64,000 nucleotides of DNA, taken from NCBI GenBank assembly GCA_041663665.1, contig JBAYMG010000002.1, positions 99,509 through 163,508 on the forward strand, read 5' to 3'. Position numbers and translations under genes: made by a program. This DNA is from Candidatus Omnitrophota bacterium. GTDB taxonomy: Bacteria; Omnitrophota; Gorgyraeia; Gygaellales; Profunditerraquicolaceae. The notes beneath the pieces were generated by a model, which saw only the letters and a program-made list of their open reading frames with translations, did no database searches and was not told where the DNA came from. Positions 44,748 through 54,043 of the stretch are shown here, one piece after another (positions within the stretch are counted from its first letter, which is position 1; each line of letters begins with the position of its first letter).

Positions 44748-45737
44748 ATGAAAACTGTTGGATTAACCTACGATTTAAAAACAGATTATAAATTTAAAGA
44801 AGGCGACCCGCTTGATGCTAATGCCGAATTTGATGCCCCTTCAACGATTGATGTTATTGCTGCTGCCATCGCTGCTAACGGCTACAATGTAAAAAAAATC
44901 GGCAATGCTTTAAATTTATTAGAAAAAATGGATAATTTGGGGGTCGACATTGTTTTTAATATTTCTGAAGGCCTGACCGGAAGAAACCGGGAGTCCCAGG
45001 TCCCTATCTTGCTTGAAATGGCCGGGGTGCCTTTTGTCGGAGCGGATGCCTTAACTTTAGGTTTAACTTTAGATAAGGTTATGGCTAAAAAGATTTTTTT
45101 GGCTGAAAAAATCCCTACTCCTAATTTTTTTGAGGCTTCATCTGCGGATGCGTTAATTGATCAAGCCCATTGTAAATTTCCGCTAATTGTTAAGCCGCGT
45201 TTTGAAGGTTCATCAAAAGGTTTAAGCGAAAGTTCCCGTGTAGAAAATGCCGAGGAACTTAAGAAGCAGGTTGATTTTATTACCAAGACTTACCGGCAGC
45301 CGGCTTTGGTTGAGGAATTTATTTCCGGTCAGGAGTTTACGGTAGCGATTATCGGTAATGATAATCCTGAAGTTATGCCGGTTGTACAGATAAAAATTGA
45401 TGGAAAATTAAAATTAAATGATAAGTTTTATACCTTTGCGCGGATTACTTCGGATAGGCTGGAATACATCTGTCCGGCTAAAATAAGCCAGGAATTAAAG
45501 AAAAAGCTTAATGACCTGGCTTTAAAAGTTTATCGCAGCGTTGAATGCCGGGATTTTGGCAGGGTGGATTTTCGTGTTGATAACGAAGGTAATCCCTATG
45601 TCCTGGAAATTAATCCACTGCCCTCTTTATCTACGGAAGATGTTTTTATGTTGATTGCTAACAATATTGGGATTACCTATAATCAGATGGTGGGAAAAAT
45701 TTTAAATAGCGCTATTATTAGAAACGGAATAAAATAA
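44748..45737 (+). CDS. D-alanine--D-alanine ligase-family ATP-grasp ligase, paralog 1
   Basis: EGLTGRNRESQVPILLEMAGVPFVGA (Ddl N-domain), ATP-grasp core, and a C-terminal LEINPLPSL. Confidence 0.75.
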   Translation: MKTVGLTYDLKTDYKFKEGDPLDANAEFDAPSTIDVIAAAIAANGYNVKKIGNALNLLEKMDNLGVDIVFNISEGLTGRNRESQVPILLEMAGVPFVGADALTLGLTLDKVMAKKIFLAEKIPTPNFFEASSADALIDQAHCKFPLIVKPRFEGSSKGLSESSRVENAEELKKQVDFITKTYRQPALVEEFISGQEFTVAIIGNDNPEVMPVVQIKIDGKLKLNDKFYTFARITSDRLEYICPAKISQELKKKLNDLALKVYRSVECRDFGRVDFRVDNEGNPYVLEINPLPSLSTEDVFMLIANNIGITYNQMVGKILNSAIIRNGIK

Positions 45738-46736
45738 ATGAGAGTCGCACTTACTTATAATTTAAAAAAGAAAGATCCTTTAAAGCCTGCGGATTATTTT
45801 TCCGAATATGATTCCGAAGAAACAATTAGCTCGGTTATTTCAGCACTTAAGACCAAAGGTCATTCTGTCGACGCCATTGATGTGGAATACCCGGCTTTAT
45901 TTTCTTACTTTAGGAAAAATCGCGTTGACATGGTCTTTAATATCGCCGAAGGAAAACACGGCCGTTTTCGCGAATCTGAAGTCCCGGCGGTATTAGATTA
46001 TTTGAAGATCCCTTATACCGGTTCGCATACATTTTCTCTGGCTTTGGCTCTCAATAAGGCATTGACTAAAAAAATATTAAAAGCCGAAAATATTCCTACT
46101 CCTAATTTTCAGCTTTTTTCAAAAGGCAATGAAGTGTTGGCAAAAGATTTAAAATTTCCTTTAATTGTTAAGCCTAATTGCGAAGGTTCAGCTAAAGGAA
46201 TAAATAAAACCAATGTTGTCAACAACGAAGAGGACCTTTTCAAAAAAGTAAGAGAGTGTATTAATGTCTATCGCCAGGAAGCTTTAGTTGAAGAATTTAT
46301 TGAAGGTAAAGAATTGACTGTGGGTATCCTAGAAAATGGCAAAACCAGAGTGCTGCCGATTTTAGAAATAGATTTTTCTAACTGTGAAAAAAGCGGGGAG
46401 TATTTTTATTCCTGGAAAATGAAGGAATTCCAAGGCAATAGCGAATTAGGGTTAGTGCCTGAATTTTATTGTCCGGCGAGGTTAGATAAGGAAACAGAGG
46501 CAAAAGTAAAAGAGGTGGCTTTACGTACGCATCGGGCGGTAGGCTGTTTAGATATTTCGCGGACAGATATTCGTTTGGATAAATTTAATGTGCCGTATGT
46601 TTTAGAGATTAACCCTTTACCGGGGTTAGATCCCAAAGAATCTAATTTCCCAATGATGGCATATGCTGCCGGAATGAAGTATGAAGATCTCATTGAGGCT
46701 ATATTGACGAGCGCCTCGGAAAGGAAGATGGTTTAA
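45738..46736 (+). CDS. D-alanine--D-alanine ligase-family ATP-grasp ligase, paralog 2
   Basis: EGKHGRFRESEVPAVLDYLKIPYTGS and LEINPLPGL. ATG abuts the paralog-1 stop (TAAATG). Confidence 0.75.
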   Translation: MRVALTYNLKKKDPLKPADYFSEYDSEETISSVISALKTKGHSVDAIDVEYPALFSYFRKNRVDMVFNIAEGKHGRFRESEVPAVLDYLKIPYTGSHTFSLALALNKALTKKILKAENIPTPNFQLFSKGNEVLAKDLKFPLIVKPNCEGSAKGINKTNVVNNEEDLFKKVRECINVYRQEALVEEFIEGKELTVGILENGKTRVLPILEIDFSNCEKSGEYFYSWKMKEFQGNSELGLVPEFYCPARLDKETEAKVKEVALRTHRAVGCLDISRTDIRLDKFNVPYVLEINPLPGLDPKESNFPMMAYAAGMKYEDLIEAILTSASERKMV

Positions 46737-46737
46737 A

Positions 46738-47925
46738 TTGAATAATCCTGTAGGTTTAGAAAATCAAAAAGTGCAGGTTGAAATACCGGCAATTCCTAAA
46801 CCGCCAAAACGCTCGCGTGATTATCAGCAAATCTCTCTTTATAAAGATGTTAATCCTTTGGATTGGGAGGATTGGCATTGGCAGCTTAAGCATCGGATAC
46901 GCACTAAAGAAGAATTAGTCCAAATTATTAAGCTTACCTCCGAAGAAGAAAAAGGAATTGATAAAGCTAAAGGCAGGTTGGCAATGGCAATTACTCCTTA
47001 TTGGGCCAGCCTTATTGATGCTGATGATCCGGAATGTCCGATTAGAAGGCAGTCTGTACCGGTAAATTCTGAATTTTCGATTTCTCCTCATGAGATGGCT
47101 GATCCTTGTGCTGAAGACCGTGATTCCCCCGCGCCACATTTAGTACACAGGTATCCGGATAGGGTTTTATTGTTGGCTACAGATCATTGCGCCATGTATT
47201 GCCGGCACTGTACCCGCCGGCGCTTAGTTGGTGACCATGAAGAGAAAGATTTAAATTGTGAAAATAAATTTGATCAAGCTATAGAGTATATTAAAGCTAA
47301 CCGAAAAATAAGGGACGTTTTAATTTCTGGAGGCGACCCGCTCACTTTAGAAGATACGGTTCTAGAGTCATTAATTTCTAAGATTCGCAGTATATCGCAT
47401 GTTGAATTATTGAGAATCGGAACGCGCGTACCGGTGACTTTACCTCAGCGTATTACCGAGAGCTTGGTGAATATGCTTAAAAAATATTCTCCGATTTGGA
47501 TGAGTATCCATTTTAATCATTCTAAGGAAATTACTAAGCGTTGTAAAAATGCCTGCGATATGCTTTCTGAAGGCGGTATACCTTTGGGTAGTCAATCAGT
47601 GTTGCTTAAGGGTATCAACGATCGCCCGTTTATCATGAGGCGTTTGGTGCATGACCTTTTGCAGATAAGAGTAAGGCCATATTATATTTACCAGTGCGAT
47701 CCAGTTAGGGGTACTCAGCATTTTCGAACCCCTGTAGCTGTGGGAATAAATATTATTGAAAAATTACGCGGGCATACTTCTGGTTATGCAGTTCCAACCT
47801 ACGTTATTGATGGTCCAGGCGGCGGAGGAAAGATTCCAGTGGGTCCAAACTACATCCTTTCTCAGGCCAAAGGTAAATATGTCTTGCGAAATTATAAAGG
47901 CAAGATTTATACCTACCTGGAATAA
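46738..47925 (+). CDS. kamA: lysine 2,3-aminomutase (radical SAM, PLP-dependent) family
   Basis: CAMYCRHCTRRR radical-SAM cluster motif, SGGDPL, and QSVLLKGIND...YQCD blocks. TTG start 1 nt after the previous stop, with a GGAAAGGAAG RBS. Confidence 0.85.
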   Translation: MNNPVGLENQKVQVEIPAIPKPPKRSRDYQQISLYKDVNPLDWEDWHWQLKHRIRTKEELVQIIKLTSEEEKGIDKAKGRLAMAITPYWASLIDADDPECPIRRQSVPVNSEFSISPHEMADPCAEDRDSPAPHLVHRYPDRVLLLATDHCAMYCRHCTRRRLVGDHEEKDLNCENKFDQAIEYIKANRKIRDVLISGGDPLTLEDTVLESLISKIRSISHVELLRIGTRVPVTLPQRITESLVNMLKKYSPIWMSIHFNHSKEITKRCKNACDMLSEGGIPLGSQSVLLKGINDRPFIMRRLVHDLLQIRVRPYYIYQCDPVRGTQHFRTPVAVGINIIEKLRGHTSGYAVPTYVIDGPGGGGKIPVGPNYILSQAKGKYVLRNYKGKIYTYLE

Positions 47926-47944
47926 TCCAAAGAGCAGGAAAACT

Positions 47945-48646
47945 ATGAAAATAAGCGCATTTGCAATTAGTGATATTGTTTTGGGTAAGCATAATGTTAA
48001 AGAATTGCGGCTTGATCAAGCTGATAAAATAGTTAAGGCTAAGAAAAAAACTTATCCTCAAGTAGAATTAGTCGGAGAGGATGGAGCTTTTGAAGCGGAT
48101 GTTATAATTATTCCTAAAGATGCTAAAACTGACCTTATCTTGCGTGATTTAGATTTTGTCGAAACCCGCCTGGCTAAATCTCCGGCAGAGAAGGAAAAAA
48201 TAATTTTAGAAAAAATGAGAATAGCCTTAGAGAAAGAAGAATTTATTTCAACTCTGGGCTTGACTGAACCTGAGAAAGAAGTTGTTTCCGGCTATGGCCT
48301 GCTTACTCTTAAACCGGTAGCTGTAATCGATAAAGATGAGTTAGCTGATATGGGCGCTCTTTTGGCAAAAGTTTTAGCCGCCAGCGGATTTATTTATTTT
48401 TTGACTGTTGGAGATAAAGAGAATCGCGCCTGGATGATTAAATCCGGAACTACTGCCTGGGAAGCAGCGGGTGCAATCCATTCTGATATCCAGCAGGGTT
48501 TTATCCGTGCTGAAATTATAAGTTTTGCGGATTTTATTGCTTGCGGCGGAGAAACAGGAGCTAAGCAAGCCGGTAAAATGCGGCTTGAGCAAAAAGAATA
48601 TATAATGCAGGATGCAGATTTAGTTAATTTTAGATTTAATAAATAA
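47945..48646 (+). CDS. YchF-like protein (DUF933/TGS C-terminal domain) lacking the P-loop GTPase core
   Basis: C-terminus VGDKENRAWMIKSGTTAWEAAGAIHSDIQQGFIRAEIISFADFIACGGETGAKQAGKMRLEQKEYIMQDADLVNFRFN is collinear with the E. coli YchF C-terminus. LLTLKP and a coiled-coil insertion are present. No GxxxxGKS motif. The in-frame 47756 start overlaps kamA and is rejected. Confidence 0.6.
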   Translation: MKISAFAISDIVLGKHNVKELRLDQADKIVKAKKKTYPQVELVGEDGAFEADVIIIPKDAKTDLILRDLDFVETRLAKSPAEKEKIILEKMRIALEKEEFISTLGLTEPEKEVVSGYGLLTLKPVAVIDKDELADMGALLAKVLAASGFIYFLTVGDKENRAWMIKSGTTAWEAAGAIHSDIQQGFIRAEIISFADFIACGGETGAKQAGKMRLEQKEYIMQDADLVNFRFNK

Positions 48647-50202
48647 TGATTAAGATTAAACGAGCGCTTATCAGTTTGTCAGATAAAACTGGTATTGTTG
48701 AACTAGCCAAAGAATTAAATAATTTTGGAGTAGAGCTTATTTCTACCGGCGGCACAGCAAAGTTATTACATGATAATAATATCCCCGTAACTGAAGTATC
48801 CGCTTATACCGGATTTCCTGAAATTCTCGACGGACGAGTAAAAACCCTGCATCCTAAAATTCACGCCGGCCTTTTGGCATTACGGAAAAATCCCCAACAT
48901 ATGGAAATATTAGCTGAGCATAATATCGGGCTCATTGATATGGTTGTCGTTAATTTGTATCCTTTTAAAAAAACCACTGAAAAGCCCGGTGTGACGATTG
49001 AAGAGATTATTGAAAATATTGATATCGGCGGGCCTTCAATGCTACGTTCAGCTGCAAAAAATTGTCAAGCGGTGGCAGTGGTTTGCAACCCGGAAAGGTA
49101 TCCGCAAGTGATTGCTGAATTAAAAAAGAATAACGGCGCCTTATCGGAAGATCTCATGTTGCAATTAGGAATTGAAGTCTACGGGCATACCAGTAAATAT
49201 GATGCAGCGATTTATGATTACTTAAAAAATCATTTTAATTGCGGGCAACCAGCCGATGTTTTCCCTGAGGAGTTAACCTTGGCTTTTGAAAAAATTCAGG
49301 ACTTGCGTTATGGAGAAAACCCTCACCAAAAAGCAGCGTTTTATAAGGAGAAAGGTAAAGTCGCCGGCTTGATTAATTTAAAACAGCTGCAAGGAAAAGA
49401 GCTTTCGTTTAATAATATTTTGGATCTTCATTCTGCTCTTGAGTTGGTTAAAGAATTTAATAATCCGGCTGTAGTAATTGTAAAACATAATAATCCTTGC
49501 GGGGCCTGTGAAGATAAAGCATTGGATAAGGCATTTTTAAACGCTTGGAAGACCGATAAATTATCAGCTTTTGGCGGTATTGTTGCTTTAAACCGGAAGT
49601 TAAATTTAAAAACTGCCCAGGAGATTATCAAAATCGGGTTCCTGGAGTGTATTGTTGCCCCGGGATTTGATCAAAAAGCAGCAGGTTTATTCAAAGACAA
49701 AAAAAACTTAAGGTTATTAGAATTGAATGATTTAAATAAAATTGATGAATTAGAGGCCAAACGCGTAAGCGGAGGCATGCTTTTGCAGAATAAGGATTTG
49801 CTAACTTTGGATGAAAATAATCTCAAGGTTGTGACTAAGAGAAAACCGACTGCTGCTCAAATGCAGAGTTTAATTTTTGCCTGGAAAGTCGCTAAACATG
49901 TAAAGAGCAATGCGATTGTTTTTGCTAAAGGTACCAGCACCGTGGGTATCGGCGCAGGGCAGATGTCCCGCGTTGATTCGGTAATGATTGCCAAATATAA
50001 ATCAGGAAAATCCAGTAAGAATTGCTGCCTGGCTTCAGACGCTTTCTTTCCAAAACCGGATGCTATTTCCTGGGCTCATAAAGCCGGGGCAAAAGCAATA
50101 ATTCAGCCCGGAGGATCTATCGCTGATCAGGAGATTATTGCCGCTTGTGATAAGTATAAAATCGCTATGCTTACAACCGGCATCAGGCATTTTAAGCACT
50201 AA
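48646..50202 (+). CDS. purH: bifunctional AICAR transformylase / IMP cyclohydrolase
   Basis: MGS-like N-domain (ALISLSDKTG) and AICARFT domain; 518 aa. Confidence 0.95.
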   Translation: MIKIKRALISLSDKTGIVELAKELNNFGVELISTGGTAKLLHDNNIPVTEVSAYTGFPEILDGRVKTLHPKIHAGLLALRKNPQHMEILAEHNIGLIDMVVVNLYPFKKTTEKPGVTIEEIIENIDIGGPSMLRSAAKNCQAVAVVCNPERYPQVIAELKKNNGALSEDLMLQLGIEVYGHTSKYDAAIYDYLKNHFNCGQPADVFPEELTLAFEKIQDLRYGENPHQKAAFYKEKGKVAGLINLKQLQGKELSFNNILDLHSALELVKEFNNPAVVIVKHNNPCGACEDKALDKAFLNAWKTDKLSAFGGIVALNRKLNLKTAQEIIKIGFLECIVAPGFDQKAAGLFKDKKNLRLLELNDLNKIDELEAKRVSGGMLLQNKDLLTLDENNLKVVTKRKPTAAQMQSLIFAWKVAKHVKSNAIVFAKGTSTVGIGAGQMSRVDSVMIAKYKSGKSSKNCCLASDAFFPKPDAISWAHKAGAKAIIQPGGSIADQEIIAACDKYKIAMLTTGIRHFKH

Positions 50203-50205
50203 TGT

Positions 50206-51492
50206 ATGTCTTACCTCCAAGTTTTAAGATATTTAAATTCCTTAGTTAATTTCGAAAAAAATATAAACTATTCCTATAAAAAAAATTTTAAGTTCAAGCG
50301 TATTGAAAATTTTCTTTCCTCAATAGGCAATCCTCAAAAATCTCTGCGCGTTATTCATGTTGCTGGTTCAAAAGGAAAAGGGTCAACCTGTGCTTTTATT
50401 GCTTATATCCTTAAGGAGGCAGGGTTTTCTGTCGGGCTGTATACTTCCCCCCATCTTAATGATTTTAGGGAAAGAATTAGGATCCTCAAGCTGCGTGGAG
50501 ATAAGCTCAAAAACAAAGCCGGTGATTTTGAGGGGATGATTCACCGGGAGGCGTTAATCAATTTAGTTAAAAAAATAAAACCGGTAATTACCAGGTATGA
50601 TCGACATTCAAAATGCGGCCCGCTTACTTTTTTTGAAGTTTATACCGTAATAGCGTTTTTATATTTTAAGGATAAGCAGGTTGATTTTGTAGTTTTAGAA
50701 ACCGGGTTAGGAGGTACATTAGACGCCACCAATGCTGTAGATTCTTTGGTTCAGGTTATTACGCCGATTAGTTATGAACATACTGATAAGCTTGGGTTAA
50801 CTTTGTCGAAAATTGCCACTGAGAAAGCGGGGATTATAAAAAATAACGCAAAAATAGTAATTTCTGCACCGCAAAGGGCAGAGGTTAAAAAAGTAATTTT
50901 GCATAAATGTAAAGCAGTCGGGGCAAGGTTACAGGTTGCCGGGAAAGATTTAAAAAATTTTAATTTAAAATTAAGCTTGCTTGGTCACCATCAATTGATC
51001 AATGCTGCGTGCGCAATTGAGGCTATAAAGGCATTAAGTAGCTTTGGGGTTAAAATAAGTGCTAGAGTGATTAAGCGGGGAATAAAAAACACCTGTTGGC
51101 CCGGCAGATGTGAGATAATTAGAAGGGATCCTTTGGTTGTTTTAGATGGTGCCCAGAATCTAGAATCAGCTCAAGTTTTAAAAAAAGCGGTAGAAGATAA
51201 CTTCAAATATAAAAAACTTATTTTAGTTTTAGGTATTTCACGGGATAAGGATATTTCTGGAATATGCCGGACATTAGGCTCTTTGGCCGATCAAGTCATT
51301 CTTACCTGTGCTCAAACGCTGCGGGCAACTAAACCTAAGCAAATGGCTGCTTATTTTAGAAAAAAAATCTACCTGACACAAAGCGTAAGCGAGGCAAAAG
51401 TTTTAGCTTTAAAATTAGCAGCTAAGGAAGATCTGATTTTGGTTACAGGCTCATTGTTTGTCGTGGGGGAATTTAGAAATGTTTGCCGATAA
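50206..51492 (+). CDS. folC: folylpolyglutamate synthase / dihydrofolate synthase
   Basis: P-loop HVAGSKGKGST and Mur-ligase fold; 428 aa. Confidence 0.85.
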   Translation: MSYLQVLRYLNSLVNFEKNINYSYKKNFKFKRIENFLSSIGNPQKSLRVIHVAGSKGKGSTCAFIAYILKEAGFSVGLYTSPHLNDFRERIRILKLRGDKLKNKAGDFEGMIHREALINLVKKIKPVITRYDRHSKCGPLTFFEVYTVIAFLYFKDKQVDFVVLETGLGGTLDATNAVDSLVQVITPISYEHTDKLGLTLSKIATEKAGIIKNNAKIVISAPQRAEVKKVILHKCKAVGARLQVAGKDLKNFNLKLSLLGHHQLINAACAIEAIKALSSFGVKISARVIKRGIKNTCWPGRCEIIRRDPLVVLDGAQNLESAQVLKKAVEDNFKYKKLILVLGISRDKDISGICRTLGSLADQVILTCAQTLRATKPKQMAAYFRKKIYLTQSVSEAKVLALKLAAKEDLILVTGSLFVVGEFRNVCR

Positions 51493-52858
51493 TTTAAATG
51501 ATACGATTTCAGCGATCTCAACTGCTTCGGGAGAAGGCGGCATTGGTATTGTCCGGATAAGCGGGCCGAAAGCTTTGCCTATAGCCAATAGGATATTTAT
51601 TCCTAAAAGCCAGGAAAAACCCGCAGAGTTTAGAAGCCATACCATGCATTATGGCCAGATTAGCGATGAGGAGAAGTTTATTGATGAAGCTATCCTTACG
51701 GTGATGCGCAAGCCTAAGTCCTATACCCGGGAGGATGTCGTTGAGATAAATTGCCACGGCGGTATTATTGCTTTACGAGAAGTTTTAGGCCTGACGCTCA
51801 AACACGGAGCGCGCCTGGCTAGTCCTGGAGAATTTACTAAACGGGCTTTTTTAAACGGCAGGATTGATCTTGCTCAGGCTGAGGCGGTTATCGATGTGAT
51901 TCGCGCCAAAACCGATTCTGCGCTTAAGGTTGGCCTAGGCCAATTAGCCGGGGGGCTATCCAAAGAAATAAATAAAATTCGCCGAAAATTATTAGGTATT
52001 CTGGTAGTTTTAGAGGCAAATATCGACTTTCCCGAGGAAGGGCTGGATCAGGACATAACGAAAATAACGCAAGAGACCGCGGCTGTTGTTTTAGAATTAA
52101 ACCAGCTGCTGGATGGTTCTTCGGCCGGGAGAATCTTGCGCGAGGGTATCCATGTGGTTATTTGCGGAAAGCCCAATGTCGGTAAATCTTCGCTGCTTAA
52201 TGCGTTGCTTAAAAAAGAGCGTTCAATTGTTACTGCGATTGCCGGGACAACCCGTGATACTATTGAAGAGGTGTTGGATATAAAGGGCATTCCGGTAAGG
52301 ATTGTGGACACTGCCGGAATTCTTGTGCCCAGAGATTTAATTGAGAAAAAAGCAGTCAAGCGTTCACGTGAGCATATTAAATTAGCTGATTTGATAATTA
52401 TCTTGTTTGATTCTAGCAGCAAGCTAGATGCTGGAGATAGGAAATTAATTCAAGAATTAAAAGGTAAAAATGTTATCGCTGTAATTAATAAAATTGATTT
52501 AAAGGCCCGGATTGAAAAAGATCAAATTGATAAAAATTTTAAAAAAGTAGTCAGGCTTTCTGCCCGGTCGGCAAAAAATATTAACAGCCTGGAAGAAGCA
52601 ATTTATGATTTTGTTTTTAAGGGCAAATTGCAAATTCCGGAACTTTTAGTAGTCAGTAATTTAAGGCATATTCAGGCCTTAAGAGATGCTAAAAAATTAA
52701 TCGATCAAGCTCAGGAGGCTTTAACTAATTCGCTGCCCGTGGAATTTATCGCTCAAAATTTGAAAGATGCTTGTGTCAACTTAGATAAAATACTGGGAAA
52801 AGATTTTTCCGAGGATCTGATTGATAAAATTTTTACTGATTTTTGTATCGGGAAATAA
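51479..52858 (+). CDS. mnmE: tRNA modification GTPase MnmE
   Basis: Start at MFADNLNDTISAISTASGEGGIGIVRISG. G-domain GKPNVGKSS. C-terminal CIGK. Confidence 0.9.
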   Translation: MFADNLNDTISAISTASGEGGIGIVRISGPKALPIANRIFIPKSQEKPAEFRSHTMHYGQISDEEKFIDEAILTVMRKPKSYTREDVVEINCHGGIIALREVLGLTLKHGARLASPGEFTKRAFLNGRIDLAQAEAVIDVIRAKTDSALKVGLGQLAGGLSKEINKIRRKLLGILVVLEANIDFPEEGLDQDITKITQETAAVVLELNQLLDGSSAGRILREGIHVVICGKPNVGKSSLLNALLKKERSIVTAIAGTTRDTIEEVLDIKGIPVRIVDTAGILVPRDLIEKKAVKRSREHIKLADLIIILFDSSSKLDAGDRKLIQELKGKNVIAVINKIDLKARIEKDQIDKNFKKVVRLSARSAKNINSLEEAIYDFVFKGKLQIPELLVVSNLRHIQALRDAKKLIDQAQEALTNSLPVEFIAQNLKDACVNLDKILGKDFSEDLIDKIFTDFCIGK

Positions 52859-52891
52859 TTAGCGGAATTTTAGAATAGCCTAGGATCAAAA

Positions 52892-53272
52892 TTACTTTTC
52901 TTTGTTAGCAACAGCTTTATCTATTTCTCTTTTTAAGTCGCTTAAGACAAGCGGTTTAACAAAATAACCTACTACACCTAATTTATAAGCTTTTTTTACA
53001 TCATCTAAATCACCAAAACCTGAAATTATAATTATCGGAATGCCGCGGGTTTCCCAATCGTTATTTAAAATCTTACAGATTTCGAATCCGCCGAGGTCCG
53101 GCATAAGCAGGTCGAGTAGTATAACGTCAGGTTTAAAGGATTTGATTTGAGGTAAAACATATTTTGATTCACTGCAGGGCATGACCTCAAAATCGGCTTT
53201 CGAGAGGTAATCTTTTAACAGGGAGAGAACTTCTTCTTGATCATCGGCTGCCAGTATTCGTTTTTTTGCCAT
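52892..53272 (-). CDS. single-domain response regulator (CheY-like receiver)
   Basis: ILAADDQ acidic pocket, phospho-acceptor Asp in ILLDLLMPD, and a conserved Lys (YFVKP). Confidence 0.8.
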   Translation of the reverse strand: MAKKRILAADDQEEVLSLLKDYLSKADFEVMPCSESKYVLPQIKSFKPDVILLDLLMPDLGGFEICKILNNDWETRGIPIIIISGFGDLDDVKKAYKLGVVGYFVKPLVLSDLKREIDKAVANKEK

Positions 53273-53405
53273 CGTTTAAACAGTATAATTATATTTAATA
53301 AAATAGTCAATAAGTTCTGCTTATTGAAAAACTTATTGCAGAAAGAGTGTTTTCATTAGATAATAATCCATTCAGTTTTTAAGTTTGCTTAAAGGGTTAA
53401 AAAAT

Positions 53406-53963
53406 ATGGATAAGATTAAGATTGAAAAAGCAGTGCGCCAGATTTTAGAAGCAATCGGTGAGGATCCTAAAAGGAAAGACCTCTTGGAGACCCCGCGCCG
53501 GGTTGCCCAGATGTACGAGGAAATATTCTCAGGCTTAAGCCAGGATCCGGAGAAAGAATTGGAAGTTATTCTTGACCAAAAACACCATGAGATTATTCTT
53601 TTGCGCGGCATACCTTTATATTCTGTTTGTGAACATCATCTGCTGCCTTTTTTAGGCAGAGTAAATATTGCCTATATTCCGAAAAATGGCCGGGTTACCG
53701 GATTAAGCAAGCTTGCCCGCGTAATTGATATATTAGCGCGCCGGCCGCAGATTCAGGAGAGGCTGACTACGCAGATTGCTGAAATCGTGATGAGTAAATT
53801 AAAGCCGTTGGGTGTAATGGTGGTCATTGAAGCCGAGCATCTTTGTATGTCGATGCGCGGGGTAAGAAAACCCGGGACTATGACGGTAACTAGCGCCGTA
53901 CGCGGAATCTTTAAAGAGAACGAAAAGACCCGTTCTGAAGCATTAGCGTTAATGGGGAAGTAA
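53406..53963 (+). CDS. folE: GTP cyclohydrolase I
   Basis: CEHHLLPF and [16 protein letters not shown] motifs. ATG at 53406 is preferred over the TTG at 53385. Confidence 0.9.
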   Translation: MDKIKIEKAVRQILEAIGEDPKRKDLLETPRRVAQMYEEIFSGLSQDPEKELEVILDQKHHEIILLRGIPLYSVCEHHLLPFLGRVNIAYIPKNGRVTGLSKLARVIDILARRPQIQERLTTQIAEIVMSKLKPLGVMVVIEAEHLCMSMRGVRKPGTMTVTSAVRGIFKENEKTRSEALALMGK

Positions 53964-54043
53964 ACGCCCAACGCTAGTAGGTATCGCTTCAGCGTGCGCT
54001 AGGTAGCGCAGTGTGCCCTTACGGGCAAGAAAGGAAAAAGCTT

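Noticed and set aside
47756-47944. Longer N-terminal extension of the YchF-like ORF (track start 47756)
   Set aside because: It overlaps the kamA 3' end in another frame, encodes no G-domain motifs and lacks an RBS. The Met at 47945 after the kamA stop is the plausible start.
53273-53405. THF riboswitch upstream of folE
   Set aside because: The leader is AT-rich with no recognisable conserved THF-element helices. I cannot support this from sequence.
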